DNA of 59,782 nucleotides, counting the filler, from Sphacelaria rigidula (lineage: Eukaryota): NCBI GenBank assembly GCA_964200075.2. It is 10 parts of 10 records of this genome, joined end to end, with 100 filler letters (N's around TTAATTAATTAA, not from the genome) between each part and the next. Parts side by side here need not be neighbours in the genome. Positions count along the whole stretch, not along the records: positions 35,931 to 41,818 come from CAXNAA020023714.1; positions 41,919 to 47,806 come from CAXNAA020023715.1; positions 47,907 to 53,794 come from CAXNAA020023716.1; 7 more parts are not named here. One strand, given 5' to 3'. Positions 37,316 through 49,975 of this stretch are shown piece after piece. The notes beneath the pieces were generated by a model. The model saw only the letters and a list, made by a program, of their open reading frames with translations. It was not told where the DNA came from and did not search any database. How positions within the stretch are numbered: position 1 is the first letter of the stretch; each line of letters begins with the position of its first letter. The translations under genes and the position numbers were made by a program.

Positions 37316-38937
37316 CAGTGGGGAGCTCTCAGTAGTGCCGGTCGAATAGTGCCAACGAACTAGATAATGCCGGTAAAATCTCCGGGCACAGCCAGAGCTC
37401 GCAGTAGTGCGCCCGGCACTACTGACAGATGAACCTCAGTAGTGCCGGGTTAAATGGTTTTGTACCCTCAACAGTGCCGGTTCCGGACACACTCACGCAC
37501 GCCTTACTCCCAGCCAACCAAGCACCAGCAGGGGTACAGCAGGGTGCGTGCTGGTGCAGACCTTGTAACGGAGGGACACAACATGCCTTGTGCGGAAGGT
37601 GAACTGTGCCTGGTGCAGGCCACGACGCCAGGAGGCCGTCATGACCACAGTTGCCAGGGGACATGTGTCGGGAGGCTCACGGTATTTGCGGCAGCATGTT
37701 TGGCGACAACGAATTGCACCGCATCTGCAGCAAGTGCCTTCAAAAAAAGGGCAAGCGCACAAAGGTTTCATCCGAGGGTGCTGGATCGGGGCAGTCTACA
37801 AGCAAACGCGCGAAAACAGGGCGTGAAGGCGCGTCTCGCGCCCGGCTCACCGTCAAGCAGAAGATGGAGGTGGTGAGGCTCCTGGGCCAGCGCGTTTCTC
37901 ACGAAGAGATCGCTGATCGCTTCGGGTGCGCAGCACGGACGGTTCGCAAGATCAAGGCCGAGCGGGAGAAGGTGGAGGAGGATGATGACGACGAGAGCAC
38001 GGGGAGCGGGAATGGTGCCCCACCGCCCTACGGTGAACTCTCGTCTCACTTCAACATCCTAGAGAGGGTAGCGCAGGACAGTGGGAATGCAAACGCAGCC
38101 TTGCACCTGTCTAAAGCAATGGTGGAGATGATTGCAGCGTATGCCAACAAGCGAACGCGCAAAGCAGACTTGAGAAAGTTTTTGCCGACGGAATGAGGAG
38201 GGAGATGCGGGGGCTAACGCAAGTCATAGGTGGTTTCTTTGGTGATTGCGTTACTGATGTTGTTTTCTATCGGGTGGCCCGTAGCATCTACGCCCGAGCA
38301 CAGCCACAGGAGGAGTCGTGTCTAGCTTTCTGCATCGGTGTATTTATTGTCGAGGTCGTTTGTTTATCTCTCTCCTTGTCTCGGTAGCCGGTGGAAAGTG
38401 AAAAGGGGTGTGGTTCATTCTTTCTCGATCACTCCTTTTGGTGGGCGGTGTACTCTTTCGTGAGTTTTTTTCCACACCAGATGCCGCACCTTCATAGTTG
38501 CGTTGGGTGCAGATGTGTCCTTGTTTTTCTTGCCGGGAAGGTTTTTCCGCATGAGCAACTCTCGTGGCCGTACTGCTGCTGTTGTGCTAGTAGGGAAGGA
38601 AATTATCAACCTGTGAACAGGATCAATCAAGTTGAATGTGAAAAACAAATAAACATCGGCTTTAGTCCTGCTACCCCGAAACCTTACGTGACGTATCCTA
38701 ACGAAACCCCTTGAAACAAAGGTCCTCCTCCGTTTTGTGCTTCCGTTGGTCCCACGAAGGGCAAACGTAGCGCTGTACGAACGGACGGTCGTCGATAGTG
38801 CCAGAACCGGCACTACTGAGGTACTCAGAGCCCTCAAGTGCACCTGTTTTGACACGTTTCACAGTAGTGCCGGGCTCTCTGAGCAGTGCCGGTGTCCGTA
38901 GTGGGCACATACCGGCACTACTTAGAGCCCTCCACTG
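37316..38937 (+). mobile_element. Internally deleted pogo/Tigger-like DNA transposon nested in the gypsy RNase H
   Basis: 27-bp TIRs CAGTGGGGAGCTCTCAGTAGTGCCGGT / ACCGGCACTACTTAGAGCCCTCCACTG; many subterminal AGTAGTGCCGG motifs; CA on both flanks. Confidence 0.9.
37583..38196 (+). pseudogene. pogo transposase derivative: Cys/His-rich N-terminus, CENP-B-type HTH and C-terminal tail; no DDE domain
   Basis: MPCAEGELC...HDHSCQGTC.GR/HGICGS...RICSKC (one frameshift near 37677), then RARLTVKQKMEVVRLL...EIADRFGCAARTVRKIK fused in frame to DDDDE...RKADLRKFL. Confidence 0.75.
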
Positions 38938-41818
38938 CACTAAGAAAGGCCAGCGGTTTATGCTTCATGTCTTCAACCTGCAACCGTTATTGCATTTCTG
39001 CATCAGGCACCTGCGTCACAAAACTACCCCAATGACACTCGGATTTTTCCGGAAACATCAGCACCTGGCAACCGGGGCGGGGATGGAACAGCGTCACGGC
39101 ATGAGCCATCAGATGCTTCGCTTCCGCCCATGCCTGCAGCCTCTCCTCCGTCCACGATGCGGGCGGAATAACGTGTTTTTTGGTCACCCGCTTCGTGCGC
39201 CTTACAGCCCCCATCATGAGTTCTTCTAGTAAAACACGCAAAGGCGCCACTACTTCGGCCATACCTGGCGACAAGGTACGCAACCAGTTCATTGAGTGCA
39301 GGAATTGCATCACTTCTGCTGCTGTTTCTGGACGCCGCATGTCAGACAAACCTTGCAAGCGGACCGAGTCATGCGAGACGCGGACGTGTGGATATACTTT
39401 CTCACACCACACTAAATCACTAGCAAAAAAAGTACACTTGTGGGCAGCTGCAAACAGATCAACATTTTCTAACCGAGCCAAGATTGCGACAAGCGTATCG
39501 AACAGCTCGTCTTCCGTATCCGCGAAGAAAAATACATCATTCACCCAGATCTTGCACTTCAAGCCGTCTAAAATCTAAAAGGTCTACCATGACACCATGA
39601 AAATAGGAAGTAACATTCAACACGCCTTGCGGTACTCGTTGCAGGGTAAATATGCCAACCGGAGTCGTGATGGTCAATATCTCTTGCGCCTCTTCGGCCA
39701 ACGGCATCTGCCAGTACCCCTGTAGGAGATCCAACTTACCGAATCATCGCGCACTCATCAGGTCTATCATGTCGGATTCCTGATTGGGCATGACACCCGG
39801 CGACTTCCCCACCTGATCATTGACCTCTCCGCAATCGCTGACAAGACGGAAAAGGTTCTTTGGCACCGCTATCGCTTGACTGGACCACACCGCCTGTAGA
39901 TTCCTGAACACCAACCTAAACGCCACAAGAGCCCCCATGCAAGAAGCTAACCAACTGGACTTTACCGGATCATACCTCCTCGATTTTGCCTACACCGCGA
40001 CCGCCCCTGGCTTCAGTGTAACCCTCATGGGCTCCACGTGCGCAGGGGGATCACCCATCAGCGCACGACGAAAAGCGTTATCGTGGCGATACAATATGCC
40101 ACGCAAGCGCTCCGCTTTTGAGACGTTGAGGCCATTTGCCAGCTTACCTCCAGCGCGACCTTCCGAGCGGACTCCTCTTCCGCCGGAATCTTCAACATAT
40201 CCGCGCCGCGCTCTACCGAGCGTTCCACCGCCGCATCCCGCTCTTCAGTCACCTGTCCTCCAGCCTCCTGGAGAGCATCCACCGACAAGCTCACGCCTCG
40301 ACTGCCCAAAACGGAGGGCGTCTCCAAGCGCGGACCAGGCGAAGACATCCGCGTCTTCATGGAGTCTCACAACCGCCGAGCGTTGACTCCAATATCCTGA
40401 AGCATCGGCAACCCCAGAAGAATGGCGCCACCTGACCCCGGCATGATCGCAAACGAGATCGGAGGCAACTGTGCCGGCTCCAAGGAAGTAATCAAAGTCA
40501 GCTGCAGCGGAACAGTACGCTCTGTGATGTAAACATGCTGAAGCGACGCGGTGACGGCCTGCCGCGCCCCGAGCGAGAACGGAATGCGCCGCGGCACACC
40601 CGGGAGAAGACCCTTCAACATCTCTACATTTTGTACCGACAGACTCACATGACCCGTCAGGTGGGCGCCAGAACTTCACTTAGCCTGAACCGCAATGGCT
40701 CCATGCTGCCGTTGTTTTGGGAGATAAAACTCTGCAGGAATATATTTTTTTATACTTAACCGGCACCTGCTCCGCCGACTGATTTGTCGTGATCCCCACT
40801 TGGCGCCACGGCTGCGCGTGTGGCGCAGGCATAGACGCCCCCGCTGGGGTAACCGGCACCGCCGGTGGGTACGAAGCCCCGCCCGCAGAACCAAATTGCA
40901 GCGGTACTCCGGCCGACGCAGTAGCAGATCCAAATTTCATCTGAAATCCGGTCGGCTCAGCGGCAGGCGTCCCGCCTTGCTCTGCTGCCGGCGGCGCCGG
41001 CATCGAGCCCGAGTCTTGAGTGGTTGGTCCCACCTTCACCGCCAGTTGCGGAGCAGCAGCCCCTGTGGCTGAGCCGCATCCAGAACCGGACCCCTGCTGA
41101 CGCTGGCGGCGCCGGCACCGAGCCCGACTCTTGAGTGGTCGGTCCTACCCGCACCGCCCGTTGCGCAGCATCAGCCTCTGCGGCTGAGCCGGACCCAGAA
41201 CCGGACCCCTGCTGACGCCGCTGCCCCTGCCCCTGCTGCTGCTGCTGCTGCTGCTGTTGGGACCGGGAATTCGACTGCACACCTCCACCGCTGGAGGATT
41301 CGCCTCCGCCACCACCCCGATTGCCTTTTCGTCCTTTGTGATTACGAGGGCGTGTGGCACTTGTCTGCCCAGCCTCCCCCTCGGAAGGCGTTGGGCACTT
41401 ACGTGCGTAGTGGCCTACCTGGCCACACTGAAAGCAAGCGATATTAGCGGCGGCACCGCCTGCGGATTTTGATCCGCGGTTACGCGAGCTCGAACACTGC
41501 GGCGACAAAGTGGGTGATTTCCCGAATACTTCAATCTTCCGCCATGCCTGAACCTCAGCCACCACGGTATCCATAGCTAAGTACGGGTCTGACTTCCAAT
41601 TGGTTTCTTGCTGTAATTGCACAAGCACGGCCTGTTTGAATTCCGCCGGTGCCAGACCCTCCACCATCGCTTTCGTGATCACCGCAGCGGGCCCTGGACG
41701 GAATTTCCCATCGGAGAAACGGTAAACCATCTCGATGGTTGGGGTTTTCCGAAATATATGTCTCCAACTTTCCCATGATTGGCTCCACCCTCTCACGCAT
41801 GGTCTTCCCCTTGTGGTT

Positions 41819-41918
41819 NNNNNNNNNNNNNNNNNNNNNNNNNNNNNNNNNNNNNNNNNNNNTTAATTAATTAANNNNNNNNNNNNNNNNNNNNNNNNNN
41901 NNNNNNNNNNNNNNNNNN
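41819..41918. other. Artificial contig linker
   Basis: Same spacer. Confidence 0.99.
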
Positions 41919-43399
41919 GGGGGGAAGGGAGGGGGGGTTGCGCATGTACTAATACCTGGGGTGCTCGCCGAGGTACATGGGGGGGGGCGTTTTAATTTGG
42001 CACAAGGCAAATCAACCATATGCTACTAAAGCATGAGCCGTTGAAACTAACTATCAACCATCAATGTAGTAGTGGTCGGCGGGCACACAGTTTTCACGAG
42101 GCACAGTGGCACGTGCGATACTCTGTTCGAAAGCAGAGTGAACACACTGTAGTGAGACAGAGTAACGGTTGGCTACATGCACAAGGCGGAAGTTGAACGC
42201 AGTTCCGGCCAGAACGACGCGTAGTCGGGTTCCAACAAAGTGCGCCACCATGGCACTTACGTGGATGTAAACAAGCGGGAACAGGACAGCTTGATTTTAG
42301 ATCTTCCTTCACTGGTGTAGGGCGTTCAAGTGTAGTATGGTAGAGACCGTTGTTTTAGGAGAACGCCCGGACCTCTTCCAGAGAAAAAAAATGGAATGAC
42401 AATTTTCTTTTATTCCGCATACCTCTGTGGTTTCTTATCTTGAGTTTCAAATCACAGTTCCGGAAATTGAGCTGAAACATTGAGGTAAGGCAGAAGAGCA
42501 GTGTAACTTTACCTCCCAAACCACCCCGCAAACCCGAACAAAAATGAAAAAAAAAAAGGGGGGGGGGGGGGCGACAGAAACAGCAGCNNNNNNNNNNGAA
42601 AAGAAGGAGAAAAAATGTGGAAAAGAAAAACGACAACTTCACCTCCCCCCCCACACCCCCCCCGCCACCACAAAAAAAAAAAAAAAAAAAAAGGGGGGGG
42701 GGGGGGGGGACGAAAACCCCGCTTTGTTCAGCTTTTTCGTGCACTAGCGGTTCTCCATACGAAATTTCATAAAAAAAAACTGTCAAAAACTGAGAGGCGA
42801 TATCCAGATTTAGGGCATCTAGTGCCTCTGCTCGTAATATACCTTATGTGCGCCATATCTTGAGATGGATAACGAATGAGGTCAAGGTGAGGGTATCTAT
42901 CGTCTTTCCGTGCTCCACGGAATGTCCACACCAATATTCGTCGTCTTCCGCTGAATGCATCGATCGGGGGTTTCATGGAGATTGTAGTATGGACGCTATT
43001 TCTGTTGGGTGTGGGAATGACTAGACATGGGGTTTAATCAACGAGAAAATACGTGCCCAAACTTTTGAGCAGATGGGCACCTTCCCCTTGGTGAGACGAT
43101 TCATACAATATGCGGATCATGGCCCAACTCGTCCGTGTCGACGAGATATTGCTTGGAGAGCCTAAATTCGTGTCTAGGCTGGCGCAGCTTCTATGACAGT
43201 CGCGAAAACGGATCTGTGCGCACATCGGGGGACCTCAGATCCGGAAACGCATTATACGGACCCCTATTTGGCCCAAATGGGGGAAGCTCGGATTCGTTTT
43301 GTCACAATTTGAGCGCGGTTTCACACGAATCTGAGCGCAGATCCGTGGAAAATCAAGGTCACCTGAATCTGTAGCAACTGGCACGTATGTTGACGTACA

Positions 43400-43679
43400 A
43401 TGCTTGAGCAACAGGCGTTCGGAATTTTGCAACAACAGCAACAGACGGTCTCGTGACAGCACAGACAGTGCCTGCGAGCGCCGGCTGCTGGAGCAGTTCT
43501 GCACGGGGTTCGACAAGTGGATAAAAAGAGTTGACGCCGTACTGTGCGGTGATGGCAAAAATTTCTACTGCACTGTTATGGGCGCGGCTGACCCCCCAAA
43601 ATGGGCAAAAAAAGTGTCACCGACCAAAAGTACGAACAGACACGAACAAACCGACTTCTGGGGCTTATCCAGGCTCGTG
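43400..43679 (+). pseudogene. Possible Tc1/mariner transposase C-terminal remnant
   Basis: LLEQFCTGFDKWIKRVDAVLCGDGKNF resembles the Tc1/mariner terminal R..AV...G motif; followed by a TIR-like ...CCAGGCTCG. Confidence 0.3.
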
Positions 43680-43930
43680 GGGTAAAATGTGCCTCATGTC
43701 ATCGGAAAAGAACGGCATGGATCCAATATTCATATCGAGAAAGAGTATCCTGAATTCGAAAATCAAAACCCCACCGTTATTTCCGTTGTTGTTCCTCATA
43801 TATTACATGTCACTGGGTCGCGCTTTCCGTCCGCGCTTGCGATACCCTGGTATGCGAGGAGGCTGGTTGGGTTGAACAAACCCAACGCACACCGAGACCA
43901 CTCTGTTCAAGTGATTCAGATACCCAGTAA

Positions 43931-46900
43931 TGCTGGATCTCCGTAGAACCGGGGATCGGGGTGGCGTAAGAGTACCGACAGTCAAGTGTGTGCAAATGTG
44001 GTACAGTACGGCTGAGGGCGCACGAGCAGCCTGCCCCTCGCGCCCACTCTCTTTTCCAGCTACCCTCCATCTCATCAGCACTCACCCAAGTTACAGAATA
44101 ACTTGGGTGCTCTCCAGTAAAAGATTTAAAACCATTACCCTGTGCCTGAGCCAAGGAATCCACTAGTGATTATTCGATTAGGCAAGTATGGCTAGGAACG
44201 ATGGTAAAGCTCCGTCTTCTGAAGAAACGTTGAACGGGCTGACGAATCAAATTGAGAACATGATGAGTCTGTTCAGTGGTCAGTTCAGCACACTGACCGA
44301 TCTTGTCAGAGACGTACAGTCTACACAGACTGTAATACAGGGTACAGTAGATGGCATCGAAGATCGAAAGTCCAGAGGCGCGCGGTGGAGTGGCGTCGTC
44401 GAAAGCGAAGAAGACCAAGCAACACAACAACACCAGGCTGACAGCTCAGCCAACCACAGCACACCTCGAGGCCGAAGGCGCAGCCGCGAGGGCGAGCAGG
44501 GAGCTCCGAGCGGGAGCGACCACAGGACAGCAAGCGACGGAGCAAGGGGTGCAGACCCCGCAAGTGAGTCCGTCGCAGTGTTCGGTCATAATCGACCAAG
44601 TATCCAAAGTGTTTCTAGGGTTCCAGTTTTCAAGGCAACTGTACCCAAGTTCGCTGGAAAGAGTTCAGAGTTCAGCCACTACAGTCACGAACTCATCATG
44701 TTTGCCAGCAGCGAAGCAATTGATTGGGTGTTCACTGTGTCGGAAGATGGGGCATACGATGTGGAGGTGGGAAACAAGGCGTTATCCTCAAGTTATCTTG
44801 AAGTAAGGCACGGAAAGGGCACTGTAGCTGCACACGTGAGAGCGAGACAAATGTTTGTGGCGAGTCTCGAACATAAGCGGGACCGGGATGTTCTGTCCCG
44901 AATTCTGTCTCCTGCAGCTGTGTGGCGTGAGTTAACCGATTTCTACAGCCCCAAGACCAACGGGGCTAGATTAACTCTCGTTGAGAAAATGATCACGTGA
45001 AGATTGGAGTTCGCGACGATTCCGTTCAAAAACCATTCGAGATGGAAGAGGTGGTGAGAAAATTACAATCACACGACACCAACATCACCCTGACGGAGGC
45101 GCAAACCCTCCTCAGATTTGTCAATGCGCTTCCCTGCGAGTACAACTATCAAAAGCAGGCGATGGAGAAGCGTGAAGGGCCACTCACGAAGGAAGTCGTA
45201 GTGACGTCGGTTCGAAAACGGTTCGGATCAGCACTTTTCAGGCAGGAACTCGCCAAGGGGAAAAATGATTCCCCGGGCGACCAGGCCCTTGCCGTCAAGG
45301 GCCATCCCGGCAACACTAACGGCTCACACCGAAAAAGTAAAACGGGAAAGACCAAGAACCCAGGCCGTCCAGGTGATGGGGGGCAGGGCAAAAACAGCCA
45401 GTCGCCGGCTTCATCGTCAACGAGCCAGTCGGGGGCTGCGACGCCGTGGAGGTGCCACGTTTGTCAGAAGATGACTACACATCGGGCGAGAGACTGTCCG
45501 GACAGGCGTTGCGCGGGGTGCGAGGAGAGAGGACATCAATTGATTGACTGTCAAAGCACTGTGGAGGACGCGGCGATTTTGATGGGAGTGGTCGAAGACC
45601 TGGTGGACGACAACTTTCACCGGCATCGGCATGACGCTGGATGAGGTCAACACAGGCGAGTATGCGTTTGTAACTGGGAAGGGGGATGTAGAGCAGTCAG
45701 ATGGGGGCGGACCGTGGGTACTTGACACGGGGGTCACTTCGCACTTTTCTCCTGATTCGAGTAAGATGACGGTTTATAGAAAATGCAGTGGTAGGGTACT
45801 GCGGTGTGCGGGCGGTGGTACCTACCCGATCGTGGGAAGAGGAAATATGACTTCATCTTTACGATTTGACGGACGTAATGCAGTCTTGCATTTGAAAAAT
45901 GTAGACCACGCACCCTGTGTCCGTCACCATCTGTGGTCATTTACTAGGATGTCTAACGTAGGTCACACTTACATTGGGTCTAGCAACGGTTTCCGGGTCG
46001 AGTTGAAGTCAGGCAATACCCTGGAAATCCCCGGTCAGCACAGACAATTGAAAATGTACGCCCAACGCATCTATCCAACCGGTCATGACAAGCATGCGTT
46101 AGCATGCGCTGTGATTGCCCCGCGGCAACTATCTAATCCCCGAGTTGATGATATCAATGACTTCCATTGCAAACACGCGCATGCCATCGAGGACCTGCTC
46201 CGGCAGACAGCAAAGCAGCTCGGAGTGGAGCTGCGCGGCGAGTTGAGACCGTGCCGAGGGTACTCGGAAGGAAAAGGACTGCGACAGCCCATCCCAAGAT
46301 CAACTCACACACGAGCAGTTAAGCCATCACCCAGAGTGTCGATCTCACAGGCCAAAAACCAGTTAGATCTCGGGGAGGAAAGTAGTACATGATGGTAGTA
46401 CGTGATGATTGCTCGCGGCACACCAGATTGTTTTTTTTGCGCACAAAGGACGAGATCGTACAGGACTTCAGTAAACACATCGCAGAAATCCACCGGCGAA
46501 AAATCGAGAAGGTCCACAGTGATGGTAGAGGTGAATTCTCGAAGGGGGCATTCGAGGAACTATGTGATGAAGAGAAAATAAAGCAAGAGAAACCAACTGC
46601 TGACTCCCCACAGTTCAACGGCGTAGAGGAACGAGCAATTGGCATGATAGAGTCGGCCAGCCTTGCAGCCAAAATTCAGGCATCGGAGATGTACCCGAAC
46701 CGGAATGTTCCAACTAGCTTACTGGGCATGCCATGCTTTGAATTGTACTTCGACCTCGGCTAACCCGGGGAACAAGACGCCACACGAAATGTGGCACGGA
46801 GTACCACCGGCAAACAACCTTCTTCCTTTTCTAAAGCCTGGATTTTGTAGGGTTCAGAGGACAGACAAGTTACGGCGAAAAGCTCAGAGGTGCTGATACC

Positions 46901-47806
46901 TTAGCCCAACCCCAGGATACCCGCGCGATGCTATGAGAGTGATGACGGAAACAGGTCAAACTATTACGACCAGGCATGTAACATGAGCGTATGTTCCCCC
47001 TACTCCTCTCCCCGCCCCACAGCAAGCGATCCCGACGCCTGATGACGCGAGGGATGACAAAATCGAAGGATGGCCGGCCGGAAGCGAGTCCGCGGTGCAG
47101 CAACCCCGGTGGCGCATGCTTCACCACGCGGTTCACGTCACGTGTCGTTCTTGCTCCCCAACTCAAAACTGAACGCAGACGCCGCACGACAGATCCCCGC
47201 TATTGGCGGGGGGAGGTTAGATTAACTCGCCGCCACCTTGCGGAGGCGGGAGGCGGCGCCGGATTTGACGAAACCCTGTCCAGCATCTCATTGATGACGG
47301 GGGATCGGGGCCGGCCACATCACCACCGACGGCAACATCGCCGACAGCAACAACGCCGCCGACAACGCCGACAGCAACAACACCGACAACCGTCGACACC
47401 CCCGAGCGCAACGATGGGGGGGGCGGTGGAGCTCCCGAAATCCCAAGGACGTACTCGAAAGGAGTTGTTTCTACCTCCACAAATGGCAGGCCGCACGCGC
47501 AGTACGACGAGAGCGGCAGCCGACCAGAACGAGCTAGCATCGGCGGCAGAGAAGCTGGATGAAATGCAGGCATGGGAAAGAAACGGACATTTTTCCCGCG
47601 TGATGGCGAGGGCTCAAGCGATGGCTCAAGCGGGAACTGTACTGAACTGTACTGTGTGGAATGGCGGAGGACAAGTGCGGGATGACGGAGCTGATTACTG
47701 CAGCAGCCGGACCAGGGGTGGGAGACAGCGCGGCCATGTTAATCGAAAAGACTTTTGCGGAGCAGGAGTATTTTTGTTTTTTGGCCGAAAACGGAACAGA
47801 GGCGGA
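43931..47806 (+). mobile_element. Second Ty1/copia element (probable 5' LTR 43931-44165, gag, PR, IN; cut by contig end)
   Basis: LTR-like TGCTGGAT...ATCCACTA; long gag ORFs 44188-45000 and 44997-45644 with two knuckles (CHVCQKMTTHRARDC, CAGCEERGHQLIDC); WVLDTGVTSHF; FHCKHAH...CRGYSEGK; VRDDCSR, HSDGRGEF, SPQFNGVEERAIG. Confidence 0.9.
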
Positions 47807-47906
47807 NNNNNNNNNNNNNNNNNNNNNNNNNNNNNNNNNNNNNNNNNNNNTTAATTAATTAANNNNNNNNNNNNNNNNNNNNNNNNNNNNNNNNNNNNNN
47901 NNNNNN
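47807..47906. other. Artificial contig linker
   Basis: Same spacer. Confidence 0.99.
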
Positions 47907-47977
47907 GGGTTCATTCGGGAAACTGGGGAAGCTGTGGTGTGAGCAACTTTTTGCAGCTTTTAAGCTGGCCCAGCTCG
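47907..47977. repeat. Right end of the 24070-24652 MITE family
   Basis: Near-identical to 24583-24652 and ends GCTGGCCCAGCTCG|TA. Confidence 0.75.
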
Positions 47978-48099
47978 TATGCGTCTCTGGATGAAATCCA
48001 TATTTTCCTCATCAGCTGCGTATCGTACTGTACTCTCTGTACTGTTGTCTGTACGGTACTTTCTGTATCGTTCATGAAGGAGCACCATTTGGCATTACC

Positions 48100-48295
48100 A
48101 TGCAGCCTCCATCTCGGATATCGATCTGGGGTATCAGATACATCTGGGATATCTACCCGGGACATGGACGTCCATCTGGCATATGGACATTCCAGATGGA
48201 TATCCCACATTGATCGAATATCCCAAATGGATATCCCAGATGGGCATCCATATCTCAGGTGGATATCCATCAGAGATATTCACATCCCGGATGCA
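48100..48295. repeat. Compact GATATC-rich foldback repeat
   Basis: CATCTGGGATATC units followed by GATATCCCAGATG units. Confidence 0.6.
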
Positions 48296-48796
48296 GGTGG
48301 CACGATAATGCAAGGCTCCGCCCCACAGCCACCGCCGTACTGTCTGTACATACTGAAATTAGTGTACACGACAATTATCAGCCCATCTCCGCTCGCGCTG
48401 CTGTAGTTACCCAACGAAGACGGGTCTCAGCCGAGCTTTCAAGTCGTCCTTGAGAGCACAGATTATGGGCCCCGCTATTGATAATGGTGAAACACAAAGT
48501 AGCGTCCTGGTGGGTGGCACTGGGTTGCTGCGTGCGATTCTGTAGATGCCTGTGCTGTGCGGGCGTCCAAATCGCAGATTACACACCATACCGGGAGGTG
48601 CTGCCAACCAGCTCGTGTAAAAAAAAGTCGCTGTACAGAAGCGTGTGCATCATGCTCTTCATCTCTTACCGCGTTTCTGTCATGCTACTCAATTTTCACC
48701 GCCGCGGCGCAACAGAAAATAATTGCTACAAGTCGCCGGCACCTCTCGGAATGGATGTCCGTACTGGTCATCAACAATGTGTGAGGCTGAGTTTTT

Positions 48797-49045
48797 CACT
48801 CGTCGGACCAGTCATTTCTCGTCGAAACGAGTGCACTCGTGAACATTTTTTGAAAACACCACGAGCATATCTCGTGTGCTCTAGTTAATATTTTTTTTAC
48901 CCCGAGCGTGCGTGACTCGTGTGCTCGAGACATTTATTTTTCCACCACGAGCAACGACTCGAGTGCTCGCCCTAAATTTTTTTTCACCACGAGCAATGAC
49001 TCGAGTACTCGCCCCTTTACTTTTCATCACCACCAGCAATGACTT
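48797..49045. repeat. 42-43-bp tandem units (CACCACGAGCAA.GACTCGAGT.CTCG plus T-tract) after a CACTCGTCGGAC terminus
   Basis: Unit starts at 48943, 48985, 49028; units are the reverse complement of those in 17340-17425. Confidence 0.65.
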
Positions 49046-49402
49046 GTCCATAGTGTGAAGTGATCAATCCATGTCTTCCCCAGTACCTGTCTTGGACATA
49101 GCCATCAAGCATTTATTTGACCAGCAATCGCGCAGCTCGTCTTATTTCATTCATGCTTCAAAGTTTCGCCGTCTTTGATTTTCCACGATTCCGGACGGCA
49201 GAAATCGGAATACAACACCCTTTACTGCAGACATATTCGAACCCATAGAAGCTGTCTATACCAGTGTTGGACGTGCTCGTTGGACCAACCGCTGGGGCGC
49301 AGCAGGAGTAGAGACACATGAATTGGTTCTGGTTCTCTTTGTATTTTCTTGTCGTATCGTGTTTTCATTTCTGAGCATGATTTTATGTGCGGACACGTCG
49401 CG

Positions 49403-49404
<2 letters not shown>

Positions 49405-49472
<68 letters not shown>
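49405..49472. repeat. (CA)n microsatellite
   Basis: Direct reading. Confidence 0.97.
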
Positions 49473-49474
<2 letters not shown>

Positions 49475-49479
49475 AACGC

Positions 49480-49975
49480 ACGGGCAGACAAGCCCTCCCT
49501 GCCCCTTCAATTTGAGGGTTGGCATCGGTTGGCAACGATGCTGTAACACACGCCACTCGCAGCATAAGCTAGGCAGCCAGATTACCGTTTCTGTTCGCGC
49601 TTGCGTTTTTATTTTGCGGTAAGCATGATGCTGGTCGAGTTAGACGATGAGGGTGTGGAGAACTTCAACTCCTTGATACACCCATGAGGCAGTGTGTCAC
49701 CCGTAGCTGTATCTGGAAGTGACGATGCCAAAACGTAGCAGCAACTCATTGGAGGTCGTCATCCATATGCAAGATAATGAGTACGCTTCGGGCCGAAAAA
49801 TCGTAATAGGATGCAGCTCACCCTTCATGCGACGCGCCGAGCACATGATGGCGCTTCGTACTTGGTGATCGATTGCGAGCCTGATCCGGCGAACGCCCGG
49901 CGTGCTCTGTCCCGGCTTTGTAGGCATGCGAGGTCAATGGTCTCATGACTACCGCATGCACAATGACGAGTATTC
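49480..49975 (-). repeat. Copy of the 5160-5690 interspersed repeat
   Basis: Reverse-complement similarity, e.g. CGTTGCCAACCGA.GCCAAC and GAGCTGCATCCT. Confidence 0.75.

Larger units (their letters stand above)
37225..41818 (-). mobile_element. Ty3/gypsy retrotransposon internal fragment (gag, RT, RNase H), decayed and interrupted
   Basis: CFQCGQVGHYARKC zinc knuckle; DLLQGYWQMPL, RVPQGVLN, WVNDV (YxDD position), AAHKCTFF; RNase H reads HWGSFVTQVP...PLAFLS|ESFKDSQLR*ATIGKAGFAIVSTFRRLEHL across the pogo insertion. Confidence 0.9.
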
